Shown: piece after piece, positions 1 through 8,747 of the stretch
Position numbering within the stretch: the first letter of the stretch is position 1
Layout: every line of letters begins with the position of its first letter
Origin: a virus
Reading direction: 5' to 3' (one strand)
Virus record (IMG/VR): IMGVR_UViG_3300026493_000016
Coordinates: 1 to 64,000 of that record
Length of the DNA stretch: 64,000 nt
The notes under the pieces: generated by a model
Told to the model about the DNA's origin: nothing
Database searches by the model: none
The model's input: the letters and a program-made list of their open reading frames with translations, nothing else
Made by a program: the position numbers and the translations under genes

Positions 1-1402
1 CTGGGATGTATTGAACGTTACGGATACGAACCCATTTCTTAGGAGCGTACAGTGCAAGAGCGCCGTACCAAAGGACAGTGAACGTAGTTGTAGCATTCAT
101 TTGCGCTAATGGTAGTTTCATCATTGGTAGTAACTCTAGTAAGCTAAGAACTTGAGGAGTCATTTCACCAACGAATACATCAGTTGTTTCTGGAATTGTT
201 TCGTTGCGGTCGATTACTACTAACTCATCTTGGTCGTTACGTTTTGAAACTGGGAAACGAGCGATTAAGAAGTAGTGACCTGTTTCATTACCACGACGGT
301 ATACAGAGATGAACTGTGGAGATGCTTGGTATAAGTTAGCTAGTTTAACAGTTAACTTAACTTCACTTTCAGCTGCTGCAACTGTAGCAATAACTTCGTC
401 AGACGGTAATGATTCTGCATCGTCAGAATGAACTACAACTTTGTAAGCTTGCTCTTTGATATCTTCCGGACGGAATTTACCTTTACCTGCTGCAACTGTT
501 GCTACAACTGATGCTGGAGCTTGAGGAGCGTTAGGTTCAATCATACGACCTTCTACTAAGATATTATCATTCTCCATGATTGTTGAACCGTGAAGATTGA
601 TAGCACCACGAGTAGATAAGAATTGGTTGATTGAGAATCCAGTAGAGAATCCACCAGCTTGTGACGGTTGAATTACACGTTGACGGTCTAGTAAGTTATT
701 CGTGAAGTCCGCTTGCACCCCAATCGGCATAAACGCATCTGTAGCACGACCGTAACCTTTACCAACGATAACTGCTGCTTTGTTTAAAGTTTCTTCAGTT
801 AAACGTTTACCAGCTAAGTCAATTACGTTTGTATCTTTATCAATTAATTTAGTTAATCCATCAAACTCTAATCCTGCTTGACTATCATCTTCTGCCGATA
901 ATGCTGCATCTCCGTAGAAAATACCCCACTCGATAGATTTTGCAATAACAGAGATTGCGTCTTCTGTCAAGATTGACATTGGGTCAGCGATGTTATTCAC
1001 AAGACCAGCTGCGATAGATTGTTGTTTAGTGTCAGATAAGAATTTCATCTGTACTGTCTTTTGACGGATATTAGGGTCATTGATACTAGCTACCCCAACC
1101 TCACGAACGAAACGTGAATGACCTGTACGACCATGTTGGTTAAATACAGCATACTTAGCAACAGTTGAATTTACTTGCTGCTTATTAATTAATGGATAAA
1201 TCGTAAAGTCTGCATTGTCATAAGCAAGCATTTTTACTTGGTCTTCTAGTAATTCACGACGTAATGCAGCTGCGTTTTGTTGCGTGTCAGGAGTGATACC
1301 TGTACCAGTTGTAAACGACTTGCTTACAATCTCAGCTAACTGGGCTTCAGCTTGCTCAGGCAACTTAACCTCTTTTTCTTTTTCTACTTTTACTTCAGTC
1401 AT
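1..1402 (-). CDS. Major capsid protein (runs off window edge, nearly complete)
   Basis: Manual translation MTEVKVEKEKEVKLPEQAEAQLAEIVSKSFTTGTGITPDTQQNAAALRRELLEDQVKML...SIEWGIFYGDA...LEFDGL, typical Herelleviridae (Twort/A511-like) capsid with KS-FTTG maturation site; RBS GAAAGGAAG. Confidence 0.95.
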   Translation of the reverse strand, partial: MTEVKVEKEKEVKLPEQAEAQLAEIVSKSFTTGTGITPDTQQNAAALRRELLEDQVKMLAYDNADFTIYPLINKQQVNSTVAKYAVFNQHGRTGHSRFVREVGVASINDPNIRQKTVQMKFLSDTKQQSIAAGLVNNIADPMSILTEDAISVIAKSIEWGIFYGDAALSAEDDSQAGLEFDGLTKLIDKDTNVIDLAGKRLTEETLNKAAVIVGKGYGRATDAFMPIGVQADFTNNLLDRQRVIQPSQAGGFSTGFSINQFLSTRGAINLHGSTIMENDNILVEGRMIEPNAPQAPASVVATVAAGKGKFRPEDIKEQAYKVVVHSDDAESLPSDEVIATVAAAESEVKLTVKLANLYQASPQFISVYRRGNETGHYFLIARFPVSKRNDQDELVVIDRNETIPETTDVFVGEMTPQVLSLLELLPMMKLPLAQMNATTTFTVLWYGALALYAPKKWVRIRNVQYIP

Positions 1403-1538
1403 TATTTTTATCTTCCTTTCAAAGTGGTTTGTATTTTATTCACAATATTCAAAATATTCTGTTTCCTCACTATAAAACTAGTATATCATAACAAGAGGAA
1501 GTAGCTTAGGAGGAGTCCACTACAACCTCTTCTGTACT

Positions 1539-1548
1539 TAATATAACA
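1539..1548 (-). promoter_or_regulatory. Putative late promoter TGTTATATTA upstream of capsid gene
   Basis: Variants recur upstream of other late genes: TGCTATATTA ~3347-3356(-), CGCTATATTA ~7235-7244(-), TTCTATATTA ~7274-7283(+), CGCTATATTA 11840-11849(+). Confidence 0.6.
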
Positions 1549-1569
1549 CTTAGTACTACCTTTTTCTAA

Positions 1570-2514
1570 TTAGTAGCGTCCTTCTACAATTGCTTTGACA
1601 GCTGATTCATCTTGTTCACTTGCATATCCACCTTTAACACGGTTAACTACGCCAAACAAGAATCCTTTTTCTGTAGGATTAGCTTTACCAGACTGTACAT
1701 AGTTAATTACAGAACCGATATGGTCGGCAGCTTTAAATACTTCCTCTTCTACTTCAACTTCAACTTCCGGAGCATCAGCAGATTTAGCAACGTACTCTAC
1801 GCCTTTACCATCTAAGTCTTCATCTTCATCCATAGATTTAGCTACAGCTTCTGTTTCTGGTACAACTACAACTTCCTCTTCTACTTTGGTTTCTGGAATT
1901 TCTAACTCTACCTTTTCTTTATCTTCTTCTTCTTTAACTTCGTCGACAACCTCTGCCTCTTTAACCTCTTTAGCTTTAAGCTCTTCAACATGTTTAGCGA
2001 TGTTCTCAATCATAGGAAGTACTGATTTTTCAATTCTCTCTAAACGTTCAACTACAGATTCTTGATTCTTGGCAACAGCAGTAGTTGACTTGACAACTGA
2101 TTCTAGGAATGTAATAAACTCTGCACCAATTGGTAATGCTTCCGCAGATTTAGTAACTTCCTCTTCTTTGTCTTCGGATTTCTCTACTTTCTTTTTATCT
2201 TTCTTTTCAGTCTTTTCTTCTTCATGCTCATCACACTCTTCGTCAGACTTTTCTACGTCCTCTTTGTCTTCTTTCTTTTTATCTTTATCTTCTTTCTTTT
2301 CTTCCTTAGCGGACTTCTCAACAACTTCCTCTTCTTCCTTAACCTCTTCTTCTTTTTCTTTTTCTTTAACTTCCTTTTCCTCTTCCTTCACTTCAACTTC
2401 CTCCTCTACTTCTACTTTAGGCTTTTCTGGAGCAATTACTTCTGTCTGAGCCAACTCCATTGATTTTGTTACTTCCTCTAACTCTTTGTTTAATCCTTCA
2501 ATTGATACTGTCAT
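1570..2514 (-). CDS. Acidic E/K-rich protein, probable capsid scaffold
   Basis: Lies between protease and capsid genes; low-complexity coiled-coil; many (V/I)xKS motifs. Confidence 0.7.
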   Translation of the reverse strand: MTVSIEGLNKELEEVTKSMELAQTEVIAPEKPKVEVEEEVEVKEEEKEVKEKEKEEEVKEEEEVVEKSAKEEKKEDKDKKKEDKEDVEKSDEECDEHEEEKTEKKDKKKVEKSEDKEEEVTKSAEALPIGAEFITFLESVVKSTTAVAKNQESVVERLERIEKSVLPMIENIAKHVEELKAKEVKEAEVVDEVKEEEDKEKVELEIPETKVEEEVVVVPETEAVAKSMDEDEDLDGKGVEYVAKSADAPEVEVEVEEEVFKAADHIGSVINYVQSGKANPTEKGFLFGVVNRVKGGYASEQDESAVKAIVEGRY

Positions 2515-3317
2515 TTTACATTCTCCTTCATAATTTTATTTTTAACTTCTCGTAATGCATCGTCTCGTGACATACCTTTTGCTAATTGTAAAAACAATAC
2601 TGCACTTTCTGGTTTGTTTCTTCCCATATCATCTAAGTGTTTACCAATCTTTCCCCATACATCCTTAAACTCTTTATCAGACTTTCCTTTTAAAGTCCAA
2701 GTTAGATTGTAAAGACTTCTAGCGAAATTCTCTGGACTTAACGCACCAGCATCAATTGAATCCTCAGGTGAAATGCCATATCCAGCTGTGAACGATTTTG
2801 CGAAGTGTTCCCACACTGCATTAGGATTAGCTGGGTTAGTAGTAACGGCTACATTTGTTACGCGTAGTTTACGCATAATACGAGGGTCGTCTGCGTCACG
2901 TTGTAAACAGAATCCCTCAACTGAGAATCCTAGTGTTCTAGGGACACCGGAAGTTTTAATATTGTTTGCTAAGTCCCACATACTTTTAGCGTATGGGTTT
3001 TCTTTGTAAAGTTTACATTCTACGTATAACCCAATATCTTCATCGATGTATGTCCCATCTGTAGGGACTCCTACTTTATAGAAGTCTCCTTGTTTATGTT
3101 CATAGTTTATATATCCATGATGCATAAAGTAAGAGATGTCAATGCCTTTAGGGTCTACGATATCGTCCTGTCTATCTAAATGTTGTGTAGTTGCATATCC
3201 GCGTAGATACCAAGAACGCTCATCAGGAGAGTCGTCATTCTTCTTAATAGATTCTTCAATATCAATCGGAACGAACATTGTAAATGCTCCTGTGTTTCTA
3301 TCAACAAGTGTTTGCAT
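2511..3317 (-). CDS. Prohead (capsid maturation) protease
   Basis: GYATT..DRQDD, YEH, LGFSVEG, NVAVTTNPANP motifs of phage prohead proteases; position after portal. Confidence 0.92.
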   Translation of the reverse strand: MQTLVDRNTGAFTMFVPIDIEESIKKNDDSPDERSWYLRGYATTQHLDRQDDIVDPKGIDISYFMHHGYINYEHKQGDFYKVGVPTDGTYIDEDIGLYVECKLYKENPYAKSMWDLANNIKTSGVPRTLGFSVEGFCLQRDADDPRIMRKLRVTNVAVTTNPANPNAVWEHFAKSFTAGYGISPEDSIDAGALSPENFARSLYNLTWTLKGKSDKEFKDVWGKIGKHLDDMGRNKPESAVLFLQLAKGMSRDDALREVKNKIMKENVK

Positions 3318-3380
3318 CTTTCGTCTCCTTTCTAGAGGTACTTCCCTTAATATAGCAAAAGTACCTCTTTGTTTGGAGTT

Positions 3381-3479
3381 TTATTTAAAAATTCCGACAA
3401 CTTTGTCTTTAATATCCCATACGAGGTAATAAAGACCAGCAGCTATAGTAACTAAAAACTCAAAAGCGTTATCGCGCAT
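3381..3479 (-). CDS. 32-aa hydrophobic peptide coupled to portal stop (TAATG)
   Basis: MRDNAFEFLVTIAAGLYYLVWDIKDKVVGIFK; start overlaps portal stop; GAGGT upstream. Confidence 0.5.
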   Translation of the reverse strand: MRDNAFEFLVTIAAGLYYLVWDIKDKVVGIFK

Positions 3480-5170
3480 TACTTCTTACCTCGCTTTGCA
3501 TCTTCATTCACAGTTGCTTTATTCTCACTCTTACCACCTTGCTTCATAGCAGTTCCGGATTTAACGCCCTTCACTTGTCCATCTTGCTTAGGTTTTCCTG
3601 CGTTACCATTAACAGCATCAGACTTACCATTCATCCCTTGCTGCTTCATCTCGGACATCTGTTTATCATCTGACTGACCTTCGGCTTCTTGCTGCTGGGC
3701 AATCATTTTCTCTTGCATGATTTGACCTTTAGACTGAACGTGGTATGGACTGTTGATTACATCTCCACCTTCGATTGCGCCGTATCCTAAGATAGCTCTT
3801 GCCTCGTTGAATGTTAATCCAACCTGAGTACGGAGTTCTAGTAACTCTAGCGCTTCTTTCTCTGTAGCGGCGTCCCCACCTACGAATTGGAATAGATACT
3901 CATCACCGAACTGTTTTACGATGTACTTGTTAATTGTATCTTCGATGAATTTAAGTAACGGCTCTAGACCTTTATCACGAGATATACGGTTCTTCTCTTT
4001 GGCAGACGTTTCATTTAATGAGCTACCTGATGAACCTGTGGCTCCTCCTCGGTTAGGGAAGTTAATCTCTGATGGGTCAATTGCGAAAATACTACACATA
4101 ACGTTGATAAGGTAGTTTAACCATCTCTCAAATTCCATATCCTTAGATGATTGTGTCATATTGATAAAGTTTACATCTTCAGCAGATACAACTGGAATCT
4201 TCCAAGCTCCGTTTACACCAGAGAACATTGATTGCCACTCTCGACGGAATGATTGCAACGCAGAACGTGATTGTTCTTGTCCGGTCTTAATGTGTAATAA
4301 GCCTCTTGTCGTACCGCCCTGAGCGAAGTAACGAGCATTGAATAGTTCGGTATTCTCATGATACTGAAGATGCTGTAAGCATATCTCAAGCTCGCTATAA
4401 CCGTATTTACCAACTGTGATATCTGTACGAGGATTGTGAACCTCCCACGCCATCTCGTTAGATTTAAAAGATGCTACCTTCTGGTTATCAATCATCTGTA
4501 CGTATTTATATGCGTCTTTACCTTTTGGTAGTTTACCATTAGAGTCTACTGCTGTAAAAATTGTTGATGCATCTCGAGCAGCAAACCTAGCTAGTTGTTT
4601 CTCTTTATTATAAATAAGTTCAAAGTTAATTTTATCGTATATTAGTCTATCGCGAGTAATCTTTTTAATGAACGTCCTAAACGTGTCTCTCGTCAAGTCT
4701 CCGTTATCTACGCCAGTGTACTCTAGGAAAGTCTCAATCTCTTTAATCTTCGCTTCCTCCGCCTTGCTAGGGTTCTTTAACGGGTCCTTAAGTCGAACCT
4801 CATATCCGACACCTTTAGTTGAGTACCGCGATGGAGTACAGAACATTGATACTTGATTGACACGTGTGTTTATGATAGCGTTGACTATAATATTCTTTCT
4901 GGACCATAACTTAAGCGTATCTAATAATCTATAATCCCCATCTCTTGATGGTGCTTCTTTATAATCTGGATTAACTGACATGGATGCGAGATACGGTTCC
5001 TCATAACCTTTTGTTCTACCTATATCTTTTTTGTCTCCAGATTTAGATACTACTTCTTGCTCTAGTCCGTTAATCATGACTGAGAAGTCACCCATGTCTT
5101 CTGGATTTAGAATATCCAGCTTTGACAGTGTGGTTGGTTTCTTCTTTCTAAACCACTTAAACGGATTCAT
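3479..5170 (-). CDS. Portal protein
   Basis: 563 aa; YGYSELE, GVNGAWKIPV, KDMEFERWLNYLINVMCSIFAIDPSEINFPNRGGATG, characteristic of Twort-like portals. Confidence 0.95.
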   Translation of the reverse strand: MNPFKWFRKKKPTTLSKLDILNPEDMGDFSVMINGLEQEVVSKSGDKKDIGRTKGYEEPYLASMSVNPDYKEAPSRDGDYRLLDTLKLWSRKNIIVNAIINTRVNQVSMFCTPSRYSTKGVGYEVRLKDPLKNPSKAEEAKIKEIETFLEYTGVDNGDLTRDTFRTFIKKITRDRLIYDKINFELIYNKEKQLARFAARDASTIFTAVDSNGKLPKGKDAYKYVQMIDNQKVASFKSNEMAWEVHNPRTDITVGKYGYSELEICLQHLQYHENTELFNARYFAQGGTTRGLLHIKTGQEQSRSALQSFRREWQSMFSGVNGAWKIPVVSAEDVNFINMTQSSKDMEFERWLNYLINVMCSIFAIDPSEINFPNRGGATGSSGSSLNETSAKEKNRISRDKGLEPLLKFIEDTINKYIVKQFGDEYLFQFVGGDAATEKEALELLELRTQVGLTFNEARAILGYGAIEGGDVINSPYHVQSKGQIMQEKMIAQQQEAEGQSDDKQMSEMKQQGMNGKSDAVNGNAGKPKQDGQVKGVKSGTAMKQGGKSENKATVNEDAKRGKK

Positions 5171-5189
5171 TTATTCTCCACCTTTACTT

Positions 5190-5459
5190 TTATTCGCTAC
5201 TAAATATTTTCCTAGCGTTCTTTACTTCATAGTAATCGGATAAAACAACTTCCCCTAAACTATCTTTTAGCTTCACTTTTGTATCATCTTCGTCCGACAA
5301 TCCTAAAAGTGTATATCGGTTATTTTCTAGGAATATATAAACAGTGACTTGTGTACCACCTAATAGTTTATAGTACGTAACTACTTCAATCCAAGAATAA
5401 CCTCGAGATAATAAAGTTTTAGCTGTTTTCCATTTTGCATCAGTTACATGAATTGACAA
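5190..5459 (-). CDS. Hypothetical protein upstream of portal
   Basis: 89-aa ORF, TTG start with AGAGGTG RBS. Confidence 0.7.
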   Translation of the reverse strand: MSIHVTDAKWKTAKTLLSRGYSWIEVVTYYKLLGGTQVTVYIFLENNRYTLLGLSDEDDTKVKLKDSLGEVVLSDYYEVKNARKIFSSE

Positions 5460-5547
5460 ATGGTTACACCTCTATCTTGTATAATATAATGGTTACTCGT
5501 ATGTATTAATTATAACACTATTCTATGTTATTACCTATTTGTGGACA

Positions 5548-5586
5548 TAAAAAAACCCTACTATAGTTACCGAACTAGTAGTAGGG
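5548..5586 (-). terminator. Rho-independent terminator
   Basis: CCCTACTACTAGTTCGGTAACTATAGTAGGG followed by T8 on minus strand. Confidence 0.8.
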
Positions 5587-5785
5587 AAAAAATAACCAGA
5601 GGGGGTGTTTCATGAGTACCGAAGTAATCATAAACGTTCAAACAATAAAAGGGGTTGAACAAACATGTTACCGCATACTTGTTCGAAAGGGTGTATAACA
5701 AACAAAAGAAAAAATAATGATATCCGTTCAGTCGGAGGAGAGAACATTGATATCTAGGGTTGTAAGGGGGAGCAACCCTTACAAT
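5548..5785 (-). ncRNA. Putative ~240-nt structured small RNA with C-rich (anti-SD) loops
   Basis: No ORF; upstream TTGACT-N17-TATATA; successive hairpins including a C(UUCG)G tetraloop; ends in hairpin + U8 terminator. Confidence 0.6.
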
Positions 5786-5788
5786 ATC

Positions 5789-5817
5789 TATATACCACTA
5801 TCTTAATGAAAAGTCAA
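5789..5817 (-). promoter_or_regulatory. Sigma-A-like promoter for the putative sRNA
   Basis: TTGACT-17 nt-TATATA with TG extended -10 (imperfect -10). Confidence 0.5.
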
Positions 5818-5843
5818 TACACATTTAAAATATTTTATTTATA

Positions 5844-5872
5844 TTTGACAAAGGTGAATTGCTTATATAAAA
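5844..5872 (+). promoter_or_regulatory. Sigma-A promoter facing an AT-rich non-coding tract
   Basis: TTGACA-17 nt-TAAAAT, AT-rich UP element. Confidence 0.6.
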
Positions 5873-6233
5873 TTAAAACATACAGCTGAACCGGATGTTT
5901 ATGTTTTACGAATTTCTCTATATATTATATTGTTAAATATATATTATTAATAATTAATTAGTTATTATATATTATTAAACTATATATAAATAGAAGACTA
6001 GTTAAAACATAAACCCCCAACTCCGTCGGTGGTTTTAAATAAGAATATGAATATATTAATAATACAATATACTTATTAACAAAAGAAATGAACAGTATCA
6101 GATTAGGTTTACAATATATCAGTTAGTCTATTATAGACTACATCAAAAATTACATAATAGTTACGTGTTTTAAACCGTTGGTATCACTGGGTTTGTACGG
6201 GTTTTTTGTTAAAAACAAAATGTTTTAATTACA

Positions 6234-6267
6234 ATAAAGAATACACTAAGCATTACGCCTAGTGTAT
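6234..6267 (-). terminator. Terminator after 6275-6505 gene
   Basis: ATACACTAGGCGTAATGCTTAGTGTAT hairpin + TCTTTATT. Confidence 0.6.
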
Positions 6268-6274
6268 CAGTTTG

Positions 6275-6505
6275 TTAACGATATACAATTTTAAACGATT
6301 GGATATTTTGTGCGACAATGTAAGCAGCATCAGTTTTAACTACAGCTGCTTTATATGCTAAAAATACAGGTGAGTTAGAACCTCGAACAGCGTTACCAAT
6401 TGTTGCTTCTGGTCTATCTACGATACCTGCCGTTACGAATAAATCATAATGCAAGAACCAAACCTCACCGTTTTGCATCGTTACTTCTACATCAAATTCT
6501 CTCAT
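6275..6505 (-). CDS. Hypothetical protein (small beta-rich)
   Basis: 76 aa, GGAGG RBS. Confidence 0.7.
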   Translation of the reverse strand: MREFDVEVTMQNGEVWFLHYDLFVTAGIVDRPEATIGNAVRGSNSPVFLAYKAAVVKTDAAYIVAQNIQSFKIVYR

Positions 6506-6517
6506 TATAAAAACCTC

Positions 6518-6835
6518 CTATTTATTTGCTAAACTAAAGATATAACTTAGTAATCCACCAAGAACAACCATCAAAGCATTCTCAACTAAAGCCCGTTGCT
6601 TATCACTGCCTTTCTCTCCGCGCATCTCAACAGCGTTAAGTTTTTGGTTAAGTACTTCAATCTTGTAAGCTAGCTGAGATTGTTTCTCTCCATTAAGTGC
6701 GACGTTTTTATCAAGTTCATGAACAATATCTTCTAATTCCTTAACAACTTCATTCATCTCATCAGAAGTACCTGCATGTTCTTTTAAAATCATCTCAATC
6801 TCTTTAATCTTACTTTCTAGTTCCATAGCTTTCAT
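6518..6835 (-). CDS. Coiled-coil protein with C-terminal membrane anchor
   Basis: Start MKAMELESK after GGAGG; hydrophobic C-terminus LMVVLGGLLSYIFSL. Confidence 0.75.
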   Translation of the reverse strand: MKAMELESKIKEIEMILKEHAGTSDEMNEVVKELEDIVHELDKNVALNGEKQSQLAYKIEVLNQKLNAVEMRGEKGSDKQRALVENALMVVLGGLLSYIFSLANK

Positions 6836-6911
6836 ATAAATCCTCCATTCAAGACTTATTTTCCGCATTTTATAATCCAAGTATACCATTTATCAAAGAA
6901 ACTTTAGAAAG

Positions 6912-7205
6912 CTAGCCGTGTTTAACACCTCCTTTATCGCGAGAAGCCGTTAAAGAGCTAACCATAACCGTTGACATAACCCCATTTTTAAAAGCAACAG
7001 AGTCGTACTTCTGCGCGTTGAAGAGGACGATATCTGCTATAATAGAGGTATACACGATAACAATGAACGTTAACGCTTTTACCGTAGGCATCAGTAATCT
7101 AAAAATAAAACCACGATGCAGTATAGAAGCGGTTACGAATGATATGTAGATTGCAACTACATACATGATTATCGTGAAAGCAATAGACAGTACGAAATAT
7201 AGCAT
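6912..7205 (-). CDS. Membrane protein
   Basis: 97 aa with 2-3 hydrophobic helices; late promoter motif upstream. Confidence 0.7.
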   Translation of the reverse strand: MLYFVLSIAFTIIMYVVAIYISFVTASILHRGFIFRLLMPTVKALTFIVIVYTSIIADIVLFNAQKYDSVAFKNGVMSTVMVSSLTASRDKGGVKHG

Positions 7206-7322
7206 AAGGGTACCTTCTTCCCACGTTCGTTGTGTTTAATATAGCGGTTGCTTTTCCAATAAAACACACTATCTTCTATATTAGATACAGTAAAGATATT
7301 TCTCAATGGAGGTTATTGGAAA

Positions 7323-7565
7323 ATGTGGAGTAAACATACACGAGAGAAGTTTATTATTATGCTGGTTTCACAAGTAATTGGTTACGAAATAGTACACCTA
7401 GTATCTCAGCATCACTCGAACGTACATGTAACTACAGTCTTATCTGTATGTACGGGTGTCGTTGTAACATGTTTAAGTCTATTGGTTTACGAATTAGCAA
7501 TTAAGAAGGAGAATAAAAGAGTTCGAGACAGATTAGAAAGAATCGCACATCAACACAAAATTTAG
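7323..7565 (+). CDS. Small membrane protein
   Basis: Two hydrophobic segments and charged C-terminus; GGAGG RBS. Confidence 0.7.
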   Translation: MWSKHTREKFIIMLVSQVIGYEIVHLVSQHHSNVHVTTVLSVCTGVVVTCLSLLVYELAIKKENKRVRDRLERIAHQHKI

Positions 7566-7578
7566 GGAGGATTTAAAA

Positions 7579-8055
7579 ATGAAAGATACATTAGAAGAAA
7601 TGTTTGAATCGGTACAGGACTACGTAGAGACTAGTTTAATGGTCACTGTAGATAAGCATAAAGAAGGAATAACACCCTCATATATGGTTGGCAAGAATAG
7701 AGTTGCAGATTTAGATGGGTACCAAAAAACGAAGAACGACTATAAACATGTCTTGACACTTGTTATGACTAAGATGGCTGTAGATTATTACAACAAACCA
7801 CATTTCCACGACAAAGAGAGACAATCCATTAAGAATATTTTTTACAAGTACAATGTAGATTTAGAAAGCGCCATTGTTCGTGAAGGGTTAAGCTATACTA
7901 CAGATTTACTGGATGAGCTATTAGCAGAAATGATTGTGGAACTTCCATTCACATATGCGAATGCGCTGTTCAAAAACGATAAAGTATATGAAGAGTTCCT
8001 AGAAAGTATCCTAGATGCATACGAACCTTTCATCATTTTCTTAAATGCAGAGTAA
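7579..8055 (+). CDS. Hypothetical protein
   Basis: 158 aa, GGAGGA RBS. Confidence 0.75.
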   Translation: MKDTLEEMFESVQDYVETSLMVTVDKHKEGITPSYMVGKNRVADLDGYQKTKNDYKHVLTLVMTKMAVDYYNKPHFHDKERQSIKNIFYKYNVDLESAIVREGLSYTTDLLDELLAEMIVELPFTYANALFKNDKVYEEFLESILDAYEPFIIFLNAE

Positions 8056-8335
8056 AAAAGAGGTTCTAAGAAAAAGAAAGTATTTGTTTAGTATAGCGAA
8101 AACGAAGAATAGTTTTAATAAAGGGGATAAACGAGTACACACTCCTCGTATATGCTCATCTTGCGGGAGAGCTCTAGCTGAGTTCTCTCCTATTAAACAG
8201 AAGTACGTAACAGCAGTTACGCATATACATTGTAAGATAGAGTCCTGTGTATCTCTAAATGTTTGTAAGGACGTACAGAGTTGCTACAGGTACCTTAAAA
8301 AGAAAGGAGAACTAGAAGATGGCAATGGTGGATAA
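8045..8335 (+). CDS. Basic Cys-containing hypothetical protein
   Basis: CSSCG and later Cys residues; in terminase operon. Confidence 0.7.
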   Translation: MQSKKEVLRKRKYLFSIAKTKNSFNKGDKRVHTPRICSSCGRALAEFSPIKQKYVTAVTHIHCKIESCVSLNVCKDVQSCYRYLKKKGELEDGNGG

Positions 8336-8747
8336 CATTAAAAGAAACATGAAAACTAAGAACAATTTGTTTGATGCACAAGAGGAACTGCGTCAGAGCC
8401 TTAACTTAGGATTCTCGGAGTTGATGCTACAGTTTGCTAACCGTGTGCAGAATGGTGATATCAAAATAGATAACGTAGCAGATGCTGTACGAGCGTTCGG
8501 AGTGTTCAAAGAGTTGAATGGTATCGAGGATGTAATGGCTGGGCAGAACAAGTCAGGCGCTTTACCAGAGCTTAATATGCGTCAAGAGAAAGTTGTGGAT
8601 GATTTTGTTCGAGAAGGTACGTTAATCAAGTCTGATGAGGATGGAGAAGAAAGAATCGATATTGGTAGTTTACAAGATGACGATGTAGCTAAGATGATTC
8701 GTGATATGGACATCGCACAAAATACAGAGAATGAGGAGACGTTCTAA
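8319..8747 (+). CDS. Putative terminase small subunit
   Basis: 142 aa, helical, upstream of TerL as in Twort-like phages. Confidence 0.6.
   Translation: MAMVDNIKRNMKTKNNLFDAQEELRQSLNLGFSELMLQFANRVQNGDIKIDNVADAVRAFGVFKELNGIEDVMAGQNKSGALPELNMRQEKVVDDFVREGTLIKSDEDGEERIDIGSLQDDDVAKMIRDMDIAQNTENEETF

Noticed and set aside
1284-5243. Plus-strand ORFs overlapping the head genes (e.g. 2069-2449, 2224-2463)
   Set aside because: Antisense shadows of E/K-rich coding sequence; no RBS.
5460-6274. tRNA genes in the large intergenic region
   Set aside because: No cloverleaf with T-loop GTTCRA and acceptor stem could be built here or elsewhere by eye.
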